This document shows, piece after piece, positions 10,103-18,946 of a DNA stretch of 64,000 nucleotides. Both the position numbers and the translations under genes were made by a program. The stretch lies in NCBI GenBank assembly GCA_963704655.1, contig OY969927.1, forward strand, positions 1,184,001 to 1,248,000, given 5' to 3'. The notes under the pieces were generated by a model. It was not told the DNA's origin. It saw nothing but the letters and a program-made list of their open reading frames with translations, and did no database searches. Origin of the DNA: an uncultured Candidatus Babeliaceae bacterium (GTDB taxonomy: Bacteria > Babelota > Babeliae > Babelales > Babelaceae). Position 1 is the first letter of the stretch, and each line of letters starts with the position of its first letter.

Positions 10103-11104
10103 TTAATTTCTTACGTATTGTTTTTCATCAAATTCAGTATTGCCGATTTTGTAGCCTAAGCCTCCCATAATGGTAAGCCAATCGTAATTTTGATAGGAAT
10201 CATCATAACGCGTTGCATTAGAAAAATTAGTTTCAGGAGTGATTTTTGCATTTGTAAGGTCTGTGTTTACTAACCTTGCATTTTCAAAATTTGCACCAGT
10301 AAGATTTGTTTTGGAAAAATTTACGGTTGTAAGGTTAGAATCGCTGAGGTTGGCATAAGATAGGTCTGCACCCTCTAGGCTACAGATACCATAATCATTA
10401 CTAACCCCTCTTAAATCAGCATGTGAAAGATTAACATTTTTCATACTACAAGGATAAAGTTTGGTTAGTTTTGCGCCCACAAGTTGAGCTCCGTCAAATT
10501 TTGCATTTGCAAGCTCTGCGTAGCTAAGGTCTGCGCATGATAGGTTTGCGTTGGTGAAATCTGCAGAGATAAGGTATGCCCCTTTAAAGTTTACAGAAGT
10601 TAAGTTCGCCTTTTTAAAAATTACGCCACAGAGGCTTGCTTTGCTAAAATTTGCCTGTCTAAGATCAACGTTGCTAAGATCTGCTACCATATTGAATGCG
10701 ACACTGTTTGTTGTCCTATCTAAGTACAGTTCTTCTTTTTCAGTTAGAGGATTAATGATTCTTACTATACGGTTATCATTCCAAAGTATAGGCGCATCAA
10801 TTTTATGCAGTATTCTGTTTTGAACATTACTTAAATCGATATTTTTAAGATTTTTTTGACCACTTTTTACGATATCAGTGTTATAGTTCAAAATAAATTT
10901 TTGATGGTTAATGAGTTGTTCTTCTGATTTTTGATCATACCCTGAATCTTTCCACGCCTTCCTATCTTTCTCCCATTGGGGTTTTGTTTCTTCTTCTGTA
11001 TAAGCGACTTTATATCCTAGCGCTCTCCAGGCATCATTGAGTGAAAATGCATTTAGGTATGCTGTTGTCAGGCATAATAATAGTAAAAAATAACGTAATT
11101 TCAT
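10103..11104 (-). CDS. Exported pentapeptide-repeat protein
   Basis: Signal peptide; many A(D/N)(L/F)xx repeats. Confidence 0.92.
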   Translation of the reverse strand: MKLRYFLLLLCLTTAYLNAFSLNDAWRALGYKVAYTEEETKPQWEKDRKAWKDSGYDQKSEEQLINHQKFILNYNTDIVKSGQKNLKNIDLSNVQNRILHKIDAPILWNDNRIVRIINPLTEKEELYLDRTTNSVAFNMVADLSNVDLRQANFSKASLCGVIFKKANLTSVNFKGAYLISADFTNANLSCADLSYAELANAKFDGAQLVGAKLTKLYPCSMKNVNLSHADLRGVSNDYGICSLEGADLSYANLSDSNLTTVNFSKTNLTGANFENARLVNTDLTNAKITPETNFSNATRYDDSYQNYDWLTIMGGLGYKIGNTEFDEKQYVRN

Positions 11105-11115
11105 AATATTTTTCC

Positions 11116-11203
11116 TTGAATTTAATAATTATAAAGTATAACATGAATTTTTTAAGAAATCTGCAAAGAAAAAGGGCGCTGAGTTATCCTCGGTGCCCTT
11201 TAT
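11116..11203 (-). repeat. About 90-bp direct repeat, copy 2 (terminator + promoter block)
   Basis: ttgaatttaataattataaagtataacatgaatttt...aagaaatctgcaaagaaaaagggcgc shared with 9992-10081. Confidence 0.9.
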
Positions 11204-11227
11204 TAATGTAATTATCTATTAAATAAA

Positions 11228-11755
11228 TTAAATTTTTTCGTTTATTCTTTTTACAAATTCATCAAATTCTAAAACGGTTTGACAGATTACGCCATTAAAG
11301 CGGCCACAATTATCTTTTATCCAGCATTTTGTATTTGGATCCATAGACATTGGTATATCTGCCTGTGCTGCTGTAGCTCCTCTCAAAAGGGGCGATAGAA
11401 GAGAAAAGTATAGATAATGGGTAGTAAATAGTGCGGAGAAATCAGTTTGAATGATAATCTGTTTGTCTTTATCTCCACGCTGTACCGTAAAACGAACTTG
11501 TTCGCCAAGTGGTGTGCGCAGGGTTGCCTTCTCTTGGCCGTTGAAGCCTTGAGCAGTGGTTCGTTCTTTCCAGCCTGCAGATGAGTACATATAACCAAAA
11601 AATGACGCATCGACACTTTTCTTGAGATTTTTCATCACAAAATCAGTAACTGCATAATCTTTATGATTAACTGAAAATAGATTACTTTCAGAAAAGGATA
11701 TAAGGGTTAAAAAGAGGGTTATGCTCTTTGCCATAGTTAATATCTCCATCAACAC
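11228..11755 (-). CDS. Hypothetical exported protein
   Basis: Hydrophobic leader; terminator downstream; start codon uncertain. Confidence 0.7.
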   Translation of the reverse strand: MLMEILTMAKSITLFLTLISFSESNLFSVNHKDYAVTDFVMKNLKKSVDASFFGYMYSSAGWKERTTAQGFNGQEKATLRTPLGEQVRFTVQRGDKDKQIIIQTDFSALFTTHYLYFSLLSPLLRGATAAQADIPMSMDPNTKCWIKDNCGRFNGVICQTVLEFDEFVKRINEKI

Positions 11756-11801
11756 CCTTTATCATTATTTATCATTGATTAGTTTGCTATAAATCAAAAT
11801 A

Positions 11802-12179
11802 TTAAGAAATTCTTGCTATAAACCAGCCCCAAAAATTGGCCCAATTATTTTCTGAAGATGCCCAATCAGTTTTATTAAATTCAAAAATATCATTACTAAT
11901 ATGATGTTGCATTGCTTTTGAAGCACTGATTTGCATCAAAAATAGTAAAAACCATGGGAAGTTATCATACTTTTTTATAATTTCATAGCCGATTGCATGA
12001 ATTGCTACAGAAGAGCCTAATTGTGCAATATACCCTGCCCATTGGTACTTTTGTGAGTGTGGGACTTCAACTTTTGGTTCTTCTTGAGCTTCGACTGTCT
12101 TTACTGTGAATACTATTTGATTATATGCATAGGTATTTAAACTCAAGAGAGCAGCGATAGTTAACATAATTTTTTTCAT
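11802..12179 (-). CDS. Hypothetical exported/membrane protein
   Basis: MKKIMLTIAALLSLNTYA leader, SD aaaggga. Confidence 0.8.
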   Translation of the reverse strand: MKKIMLTIAALLSLNTYAYNQIVFTVKTVEAQEEPKVEVPHSQKYQWAGYIAQLGSSVAIHAIGYEIIKKYDNFPWFLLFLMQISASKAMQHHISNDIFEFNKTDWASSENNWANFWGWFIARIS

Positions 12180-12199
12180 AAATTCCCTTTATAATATTT

Positions 12200-12324
12200 T
12201 ATTTATTACTATTATAATTATACGATATTGGGCGATTTTGTCAATCAGGACTATTAAAGATGCGTGCAGATGGGCATTTTGGGAAAAAAACAGCAAAAAA
12301 GCGCCGTGGGGTTTAAGCCACGGC
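12200..12324 (-). repeat. About 120-bp direct repeat, copy 1 (terminator + TTGACA-N16-TATAAT promoter)
   Basis: Similar to 12925-13037; hairpin gccgtgg-ggtttaag-ccacggc. Confidence 0.88.
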
Positions 12325-12338
12325 ACGCTAAGTTTATT

Positions 12339-12899
12339 TTAAGAATTCAAGTATTCTTTAATCAGTTTTGTTGCCATTGGCAGATCAGTTTTATCGCTGA
12401 TTGCAAAACCGCCTAAACCTGCAAAACCAACTGTGTGATTAAGCAATCCGATTACAGCAATTATCTGAGTGAGGTAAAGGGTGCTCTGATAAGTTTCTAA
12501 AAGTTTAAATGTTAAAAGACTTCCTGCGATGCCGAAAATTGGACCAGAAAGAGCAATCGCTGCCATCTGTAAACGGTGATCAAATAAATTCTTATCATCA
12601 AAAGTGCATTGTATCCAACTATAACCTGTAGCAGGGTTAAAGCCTCCAAGCTTTAAACCACCCAACTGGGCGTAAACTTCAGACGATGCTGAGTTGCGTC
12701 CCACGGTAATATCAATTGGGCAATCATAGAGTAATTTAGCTGTAATGGCATGCCCGAATTCATGGAATGTTGTTAGCGCCATGCCAAGAAGATAAGCACC
12801 TGTAATATCTTTAGCGATATTCGTTGGAGTAAAATAAGATTTCGCGGGTAATGATAATAATAATGTGCTTACTATTAATAAAATCTTTTTCATATTCAT
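12339..12899 (-). CDS. M50-like (site-2 protease family) membrane metallopeptidase with N-terminal leader
   Basis: HEFGH zinc motif within a hydrophobic helix; IALSGP motif. Confidence 0.75.
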   Translation of the reverse strand: MNMKKILLIVSTLLLSLPAKSYFTPTNIAKDITGAYLLGMALTTFHEFGHAITAKLLYDCPIDITVGRNSASSEVYAQLGGLKLGGFNPATGYSWIQCTFDDKNLFDHRLQMAAIALSGPIFGIAGSLLTFKLLETYQSTLYLTQIIAVIGLLNHTVGFAGLGGFAISDKTDLPMATKLIKEYLNS

Positions 12900-12924
12900 A
12901 TAGGGTATCCCCTCTTAAGTCTAC

Positions 12925-13037
12925 TATTTATTACTATTATAATTATATATTATAGGGCGATTTTGTCAATTGGGCCCATTAAAAATGCGTGCAGATGGCC
13001 GTTTTGCAAAAAAATCGCCGTGGGTTTAAGCCACGGC
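12925..13037 (-). repeat. About 120-bp direct repeat, copy 2
   Basis: tatttattactattataattata...gggcgattttgtcaat...atgcgtgcagatgg...gccgtgggtttaagccacggc. Confidence 0.88.
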
Positions 13038-13071
13038 GCGGTATTGTAATCTATAGCTTTAATCAAAAATT

Positions 13072-13602
13072 TTAATTTAATAAAGCTGTTGCTCGTGCAA
13101 AGAACTTTTCTTTCAAAAGTGTATCCGAGTCATTGCTGAGTAACTCATTACCTATGGTTAAGCACCAATTGCATTCATTAATTTCCTTTTGAATATTCTG
13201 GTCGACATCGCTAAAATTGAGTAGTGAGTCTGCTAATGCTACAGTCAGACCTGCAAAAGCGGCAAAAGCGAAACTTGGAATACTGAATAAACTAATCTTG
13301 TCTGAAAGGTCTGATGCAAATACTATACCTTCCGCAAATAGATTTTTCTCTGATTTAACAGCAATCCATTGAATGAGTAATAGCTGTGTTAATAAACTCA
13401 CATTCCATCCCCTGATGAGTGGTCTTTTAACATTACCAATTTCTATCTCTTTAATTTTTTTTGTGAGAGTTTTTTGTTTTTCTGATATCTTGCCGACTAA
13501 TGTAGATATCTCATCTTGTTGGTTCTGGTCAGCTTTTAAAGATGGCTGAAAGTATAATGTAACCAAACTAAGTATTAATAGAGCTTTTAAAATTTGTTTC
13601 AT
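13072..13602 (-). CDS. Hypothetical exported protein with hydrophobic segments
   Basis: Signal peptide, coiled coil, two hydrophobic stretches. Confidence 0.75.
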   Translation of the reverse strand: MKQILKALLILSLVTLYFQPSLKADQNQQDEISTLVGKISEKQKTLTKKIKEIEIGNVKRPLIRGWNVSLLTQLLLIQWIAVKSEKNLFAEGIVFASDLSDKISLFSIPSFAFAAFAGLTVALADSLLNFSDVDQNIQKEINECNWCLTIGNELLSNDSDTLLKEKFFARATALLN

Positions 13603-13619
13603 AATTTCCTTAAATTTTT

Positions 13620-14189
13620 TTATTTTGTAGACATGGACTTTGCAAGAAATCGAGCCAATAACCTGCAGGGTGTCGAGTCAATCGCTACTGCGCGTTGACC
13701 TGCTACATCCACTGGGCGGTAATTTTTTTGATTTGTATCAGCACCCTGTACAACAAGTGCCTCTGCTTTTTGTAATAACTCTTCCTGCTTGCCTTCATAA
13801 GCAAAGCATTGTGCTGCTAAATGCTGTAACGGTGAAAAGTTATAATCATCTGTTTTATTTGGATTAATGCCCGCTTCTAATAAAATCTTCATAACCCCAG
13901 GCTCAACTTGATAGTCTGTAGCAGCGTGTAGAAAGGTGCGGCCAGCGCCATAAGTTGCATGAGCATCTGCGCCCTTTTGAAGTAATGCTTCAGCAAGCGC
14001 TGAGGTTTTTACATACTTAAGTGGTTTTCTAGAATTGGCCGGTTTATTTGGGTCAATCTGACCATTTTTAATAGCATCAGCAAGTTTTTGTTCTTCTTCT
14101 TTTGTGTGAGATCCCCACCGAATTTCCTCTTTACGTGCAGATATATTTAAGGAAATAACTAATGAAAGAATTAGTAACTTTAATTTCAT
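13620..14189 (-). CDS. Exported ankyrin-repeat protein
   Basis: GRTFLHAA, LLEAGINPN, FSPLQHLA, GADTN; signal peptide. Confidence 0.85.
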   Translation of the reverse strand: MKLKLLILSLVISLNISARKEEIRWGSHTKEEEQKLADAIKNGQIDPNKPANSRKPLKYVKTSALAEALLQKGADAHATYGAGRTFLHAATDYQVEPGVMKILLEAGINPNKTDDYNFSPLQHLAAQCFAYEGKQEELLQKAEALVVQGADTNQKNYRPVDVAGQRAVAIDSTPCRLLARFLAKSMSTK

Positions 14190-14228
14190 AATTAGCCTTT
14201 TGATTATTAATTGACTTTTTCTGTTCTT

Positions 14229-15260
14229 TTAAACTTGTCTTTTCATAATATTTTCAACTGAACAGGCAATAACATCGGCGCTTTGTTGCGTATAGCCGCC
14301 AGAAAGAACCATCATCACGGGGATTTTATTATCAATTGCAGATTTAATAACCATTTCATCGCGTTGTATAACGCCAGCTTTAGTTACACTCATGCAACCA
14401 AGTTGATCACCCTCAAGGATATCTGTGCCGGCATTATAGATGATAAGATCTGGCTTATGGGTCTCTATCGCGGCTTTAAGCGGTTGTTTTATGAGCTCAA
14501 GGTACTGTGTATCGTCAGTATACCATTCAAGTTCAATTGGATATTGTACATGTTGAGTTGCTGCACCATCGTGGACGCGCGGGTAGTTATATTTACCGAA
14601 AGCATCGACTATACATATTCTTTTATCATCACCAAAAATGGTAGATACGCCATTACCCTGGTGAGCATCTAAATCAACTATTAATACTTTTAAATCTGGG
14701 TTTTCTTGCCAAAGCTTATTGACCGCTAACGGGATATCGGCAAAAAAGCAAAAACCTTCACTGATGTTTGCTTTAGCATGGTGATAGCCGCCTGAAAGGT
14801 TAATGGCAACGCCATGTTTCATAGCAAGTTTTGCAGCGAGTATTGTGCCGCCTGTAGCATGTCGCATTGGCTTTAGTAGCTTAGTTTGCAACAGAAAATT
14901 AGGCATATATGCCAATAATGGTACGCCAACTGTATGTGCTATAACTTTTGAATTTTTTAAACTATTTAAATAATCTTGCGTATGAATGCATAACAAGTCT
15001 TGATCGGTTGCTGGTTTTGCCTCATGACACGTGCTATCCTGCAAAAGTGCTTTGTTTTTAAGATGATTAAATACTTTGCTGTATTTATGCGAATCAAAAT
15101 GGTGTAAGTATTTTTCTATGCCAAAGAATGAAATATCATATTTATCGCTATAGACAATATGCGTTTGTTTAAAATCAGGCGAATATTGGGCATGCGAGAA
15201 TGCAATGCTTGCAATTTGAATTATCGTTATAAACAATGAGTATAGTAAATTATATTTCAT
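14229..15260 (-). CDS. Zn-dependent deacylase, HDAC11/class IV-like, with signal peptide
   Basis: GGYHHA, GFC, DLDAHQGNG, YNAGTD and SGGY intact; IVYSDKYDISFFGIEKYLHHFD resembles the HDAC11 N-terminus. Confidence 0.92.
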   Translation of the reverse strand: MKYNLLYSLFITIIQIASIAFSHAQYSPDFKQTHIVYSDKYDISFFGIEKYLHHFDSHKYSKVFNHLKNKALLQDSTCHEAKPATDQDLLCIHTQDYLNSLKNSKVIAHTVGVPLLAYMPNFLLQTKLLKPMRHATGGTILAAKLAMKHGVAINLSGGYHHAKANISEGFCFFADIPLAVNKLWQENPDLKVLIVDLDAHQGNGVSTIFGDDKRICIVDAFGKYNYPRVHDGAATQHVQYPIELEWYTDDTQYLELIKQPLKAAIETHKPDLIIYNAGTDILEGDQLGCMSVTKAGVIQRDEMVIKSAIDNKIPVMMVLSGGYTQQSADVIACSVENIMKRQV

Positions 15261-15276
15261 GGTTTTCTCCTAATAA

Positions 15277-15306
15277 AACGCCACGGCTTTTTATGACCAT
15301 GGCGCG
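15277..15306 (-). terminator. Probable intrinsic terminator
   Basis: cgccacggc-tttttatg-accatggcg hairpin with A-run on its left; same gccacgg stem family as 12303, 13017 and 23888. Confidence 0.55.
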
Positions 15307-15353
15307 TATAACCTATCCATTTCCCCGTCTTTTATAGACCGGTGAGAATTTAT

Positions 15354-15830
15354 TTATAATCTTGCAGCTTTGTTGATACGAGCCAACAGAACACCTTTGT
15401 CGAGGACTTTAGGTTTTGTAGCTTTTCCTTCTTCTTTAGCGAATAGGTCTTCAAGAGACCCTTGATACTTTGCTATAAGGTTTAAAAGCAGGTAAAAACT
15501 ACATTTGTTTTTACATAAGTCTTTTAATTCTTTAGCAAGCGATTGTAAAATTTTATGTTGTGATTTTTCAAGGTGCGGAACCGCTTTACATGCCAAAGAT
15601 GTAAATGATTCTGTTACTTCATAATCTGGGTCAGTAAACAATGGCGCAAAAATCGCTGCAGCATGTTCTTCAGGAGTTTTAACGGTAGTTATCGTTACGT
15701 CCACTTCAATTACTTCTATCGCTTCAGTAGTATGGCTATGTTTTGCCAAGACAGTTGATGTACTTACAAAGGTAAGAAGGGCTGCTAGGCCAAAGAGTGA
15801 TAATTTATTAGCTTTTTGTGTTCTTTTCAT
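15354..15830 (-). CDS. Hypothetical exported protein
   Basis: Start chosen after SD aaagga; leader ending VLA|K. Confidence 0.75.
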   Translation of the reverse strand: MKRTQKANKLSLFGLAALLTFVSTSTVLAKHSHTTEAIEVIEVDVTITTVKTPEEHAAAIFAPLFTDPDYEVTESFTSLACKAVPHLEKSQHKILQSLAKELKDLCKNKCSFYLLLNLIAKYQGSLEDLFAKEEGKATKPKVLDKGVLLARINKAARL

Positions 15831-16075
15831 AAGGTATTTTCCTTTCAAGGTGAAGTTTAAGTTATGAATTACTTTCACTTAAGCGTATAGTTTAAGTATA
15901 GACCACCAGGCTTAACCGTCAAAGGGGGGTGTTTTTTCCGCTCCAGATCGATATATCGCTAAAAATAGGGGCGCCTTGGGCATAAATTTGCCCAATAGGT
16001 TCACAGACCGGCAAAAAAAGGGTATATTGTGGAGAAACTTAATAAAAATCTATCATCAAAACCACGAGTTTAAGC

Positions 16076-17278
16076 ATGTTTTTTAGTTCCCGCTTTATTT
16101 ATATAGCATTATTTTTCATTCTTGCCCTCATTGGCTATCAAGGGTACCGCTACTTTGGCACCCATACCCCCCCCACTATAGAGATATCTGATATGCAAGA
16201 TGGTGGTTACTACGCCGGAGACAAGGAGTGTCTATTAACTGTGCGGGGTGATTATCCCATAAAAACCGTTTCCATGTGGGTTGATGACAAGCCCCTTGTA
16301 AACCGTTTTAAGGTAAACAGTAAGCTTTTTGAGCGTGTTATGCCTATTCTTTCAAAAGTGATAACAAATGGTAAGCATACCCTTAAAATTGAAGCGCAAG
16401 ATGGCTCTTATAACCAAAATACAACGGTTAAAGAGATAGGTTTCACCGTGGATAATAGCCCATTACAGGCTGCATTTGTTAAGGCTGATGCTGAATTTAA
16501 GGTATTTCAGGGCAGAACGCTCCATGTGCAATTTCAGGTAAATAAACCTATAAAATCGGCTATGGTGAAAGTTTTATCACATAGTTATCCATGCGTAGTA
16601 GAAATGCCTAAATCGAACATCTATGAGTGTTTTGTGCCTATTAGCGCTGAAGAAGTTCCTAATGAATATCTTTTTGCTATAGAGATAGAAGATCTTGTGG
16701 GTAACAGCGTAACCCTTGATAATAAATTTCATGTGGTGATGTATCCATTTAAAAAGCAGCAGCTGTCTGTACAAAAAGAAAAAGTGCAAAAAGAGGCCGA
16801 GCTGGGGCTGCCTGCAGATATGTTAGAATCAGCTTTAAAAACAATTGCTCAAGCATCACCTACTGAAAAACTTTGGCACGGTGTCTTTTATGTGCCCTGT
16901 GACATGACCGGTGTTTCAACTGAATTTGGCACTATTAGAACAACTCAAGACAGAGGCAAATATCCGCATAATGCAATTGACTTGCTTGCGCGCCCTAAAA
17001 GCGTTGTTTGGGCCTGCCAAGATGGTGTAGTGGTTCTTAAGGAGCGTTATGCTCATAGCGGTTTAACCGTTGGTATCGACCATGGTTGTGGTGTAGTTAC
17101 TCTGTATTATCACTTAGAGACCTATGGCAATGTTGAAGTCGGGCAGAAGATTAAAAAGGGCACTCCGGTTGGAACATTAGGCATGACCGGGTATGCTAGT
17201 GGCTATCACTTGCATTGGGAGATGAGAATATATGATATTCAAGTTGACCCTATGCAGTGGACGAAACATGATTTTTAA
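16076..17278 (+). CDS. M23 family peptidase with N-terminal anchor and Ig-like domains
   Basis: HNAID and HLHWE motifs; GMTGYASG. Confidence 0.92.
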   Translation: MFFSSRFIYIALFFILALIGYQGYRYFGTHTPPTIEISDMQDGGYYAGDKECLLTVRGDYPIKTVSMWVDDKPLVNRFKVNSKLFERVMPILSKVITNGKHTLKIEAQDGSYNQNTTVKEIGFTVDNSPLQAAFVKADAEFKVFQGRTLHVQFQVNKPIKSAMVKVLSHSYPCVVEMPKSNIYECFVPISAEEVPNEYLFAIEIEDLVGNSVTLDNKFHVVMYPFKKQQLSVQKEKVQKEAELGLPADMLESALKTIAQASPTEKLWHGVFYVPCDMTGVSTEFGTIRTTQDRGKYPHNAIDLLARPKSVVWACQDGVVVLKERYAHSGLTVGIDHGCGVVTLYYHLETYGNVEVGQKIKKGTPVGTLGMTGYASGYHLHWEMRIYDIQVDPMQWTKHDF

Positions 17279-17777
17279 AAACGTAGAAATATATTTTTTA
17301 TATGCCCCGTCAAAAGTTCGATGGGGCCTTACTTTTACACTTTTATTACTGATATTTTCTTGCTGGTGGTATTTTGCATTTGCCCCATTGCGCGGCAAAC
17401 TAAAAATATCTGAGAATAAATTTGAAAATGCCTGCCAGGCAACTCAGGAAGTCGACCAGCAAGCTTTAATTGATTCTATTAATACTAAGGCTCTCCAACA
17501 AAGAATCGCATTTGTAGGCGATTATAACCACTTTCTTAAAGATCTTTTAGCAGGCGGCCTTGAAACAACCGCTGTGACCATTGAAAAAACAGATAAAATC
17601 GATGGTTTCGCGGCAACTTCTATCAAAATTGCCTTTACGGGCCCATTTGAGAAATTTTATACATTTCTTTCTGGGCATCAAAAAAACTATCTCTGTTTAT
17701 GGAACAGCTGCATGTGCACTCAATCAACCAAAGACATTCTATTTGTAAATGCAGATATTACTATATATTCTAAGTAA
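17268..17777 (+). CDS. PilO/GspM-like inner-membrane protein
   Basis: Single TM, coiled coil, IKIAFTGPFEKFYTFL resembles the PilO ferredoxin-like domain. Confidence 0.5.
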   Translation: MIFKNVEIYFLYAPSKVRWGLTFTLLLLIFSCWWYFAFAPLRGKLKISENKFENACQATQEVDQQALIDSINTKALQQRIAFVGDYNHFLKDLLAGGLETTAVTIEKTDKIDGFAATSIKIAFTGPFEKFYTFLSGHQKNYLCLWNSCMCTQSTKDILFVNADITIYSK

Positions 17778-17866
17778 TAATTCCCAAAACCATTGCTTTT
17801 TGCTTTATCTTTTTATTAATATTAATTATAGAGATAATATTAATTAAAATAAAAGGAAGAATTGTT

Positions 17867-18352
17867 ATGAAAAAGATAGTATTTTTGATTGCGCTTTCAA
17901 CAGCGTCGCTATATTCAACTTTTTGGCTTAATTATAAAGATAGTCCAGAGGGTTTTGTTGTGCAATCAGTTAGTGCTAGCAGCAAGGAAGAATGTAGAAA
18001 GGTCTGTAAAGATGGCGGTGGTACTTCTAATCAAGATTATGATGGTTGTGGGTGTCAAGGAGCAATGAAATATACTATGCCGCGAGACAAGGAAATAAAA
18101 TTGCCCGATGGTGTTATACCATTACATTTTAACTATTTTATTAACAATGCTAAGGACTTTAAGGACAAAAAACTTATACCCGCACAAGCAGAAGAAGGCA
18201 TTAAACAGGAATGTATAAATACTTGTAAAAGTGTAGGTAAAGAATCAACTTCTGTTGAGGGAAAACCTTTTAACGTAAGGCTTGATTTATTGCAGTTCAA
18301 CGAATATGAGAAAAATTTTGCGGCTACTAATGGCGAATGCTATTGCAAATAA
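17867..18352 (+). CDS. Exported cysteine-rich protein with two CxxxC...CxC modules
   Basis: Signal peptide; eight Cys in CRKVC..CGC and CINTC..CYC. Confidence 0.8.
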   Translation: MKKIVFLIALSTASLYSTFWLNYKDSPEGFVVQSVSASSKEECRKVCKDGGGTSNQDYDGCGCQGAMKYTMPRDKEIKLPDGVIPLHFNYFINNAKDFKDKKLIPAQAEEGIKQECINTCKSVGKESTSVEGKPFNVRLDLLQFNEYEKNFAATNGECYCK

Positions 18353-18381
18353 ATAATGTAATTAAAATAAAAAGGAAAAAG

Positions 18382-18465
18382 ATAAAAAAGATAGTATTTT
18401 TGATTGCGCTTTCAACAGCGTCGTTATATTCAGTGGCCGAGATCCAAGAGAGCTATTCCGTTTAA
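18382..18465 (+). pseudogene. Remnant duplicate of the leader of the 17867 gene (ATG changed to ATA, stop after 27 codons)
   Basis: aaaaagatagtatttttgattgcgctttcaacagcgtcg(c/t)tatattca and the upstream ttaaaataaaa..gga are duplicated. Confidence 0.75.
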
Positions 18466-18515
18466 TTAAAATTAAATATGTATTAGTGTGTTTCACTTAG
18501 ACTCATACACCAGCC

Positions 18516-18558
18516 CCCTTCGATACGCCGCTCTAGAAGCGGCACTAAGGGTGCACGG
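18516..18558 (-). repeat. Palindromic repeat unit
   Basis: cccttcgatac-gccgctctagaagcggc-actaagggtgcacgg. Confidence 0.88.
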
Positions 18559-18668
18559 GGTGTGGGCAATAAACTAAATTTAATTTTAATATCTAGCAAT
18601 TAAAGTATTTTTTACGTTATATCTAGAGTTGTGTTTTAAAGTTACTCATATGGTTGAAGGCGCATCTT

Positions 18669-18866
18669 ATGAAACTATTTTTCATCATGACTCTTTTTCT
18701 TTTTCAATCTCTATTTTCAGAAAGTATACGTAATATCTTTGAGTATGATACCAGTTGGAATCATGCAGATTATGATATTGTTGCGCATGGCCACATGCAC
18801 GAAACGGGCAAGACTTTTAAAGTTTTACAGTGTGGAAGTGAGTCAAAAATAGTTATTGAAAAATAA
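18669..18866 (+). CDS. Small hypothetical exported protein, possibly a fragment
   Basis: MKLFFIMTLFLFQSLFS leader; its 3' 36 nt recur downstream with only silent changes. Confidence 0.6.
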   Translation: MKLFFIMTLFLFQSLFSESIRNIFEYDTSWNHADYDIVAHGHMHETGKTFKVLQCGSESKIVIEK

Positions 18867-18878
18867 TTAGATTTTATA

Positions 18879-18905
18879 CCCTTCGACTACGCTCAGGGCG
18901 AGCGG
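18879..18905 (-). repeat. Palindromic repeat unit (short form)
   Basis: cccttcgactacgctcagggcgagcgg. Confidence 0.9.
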
Positions 18906-18946
18906 CTGTCGTGTGGCAGTGAATCAAAGATAGTTATTGAAAAGTA

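Noticed and set aside
9857-10159. 100-aa plus-strand ORF (likewise 22948-23154 on minus)
   Set aside because: Built from repeat, promoter and terminator DNA and overlaps real genes
12300-15345. gccgtgg/ccacggc and ccccgtc-type hairpins as IS200/IS605 ends
   Set aside because: Only a superficial resemblance; they lie just after stop codons with T-runs like terminators, and no tnpA/tnpB is present
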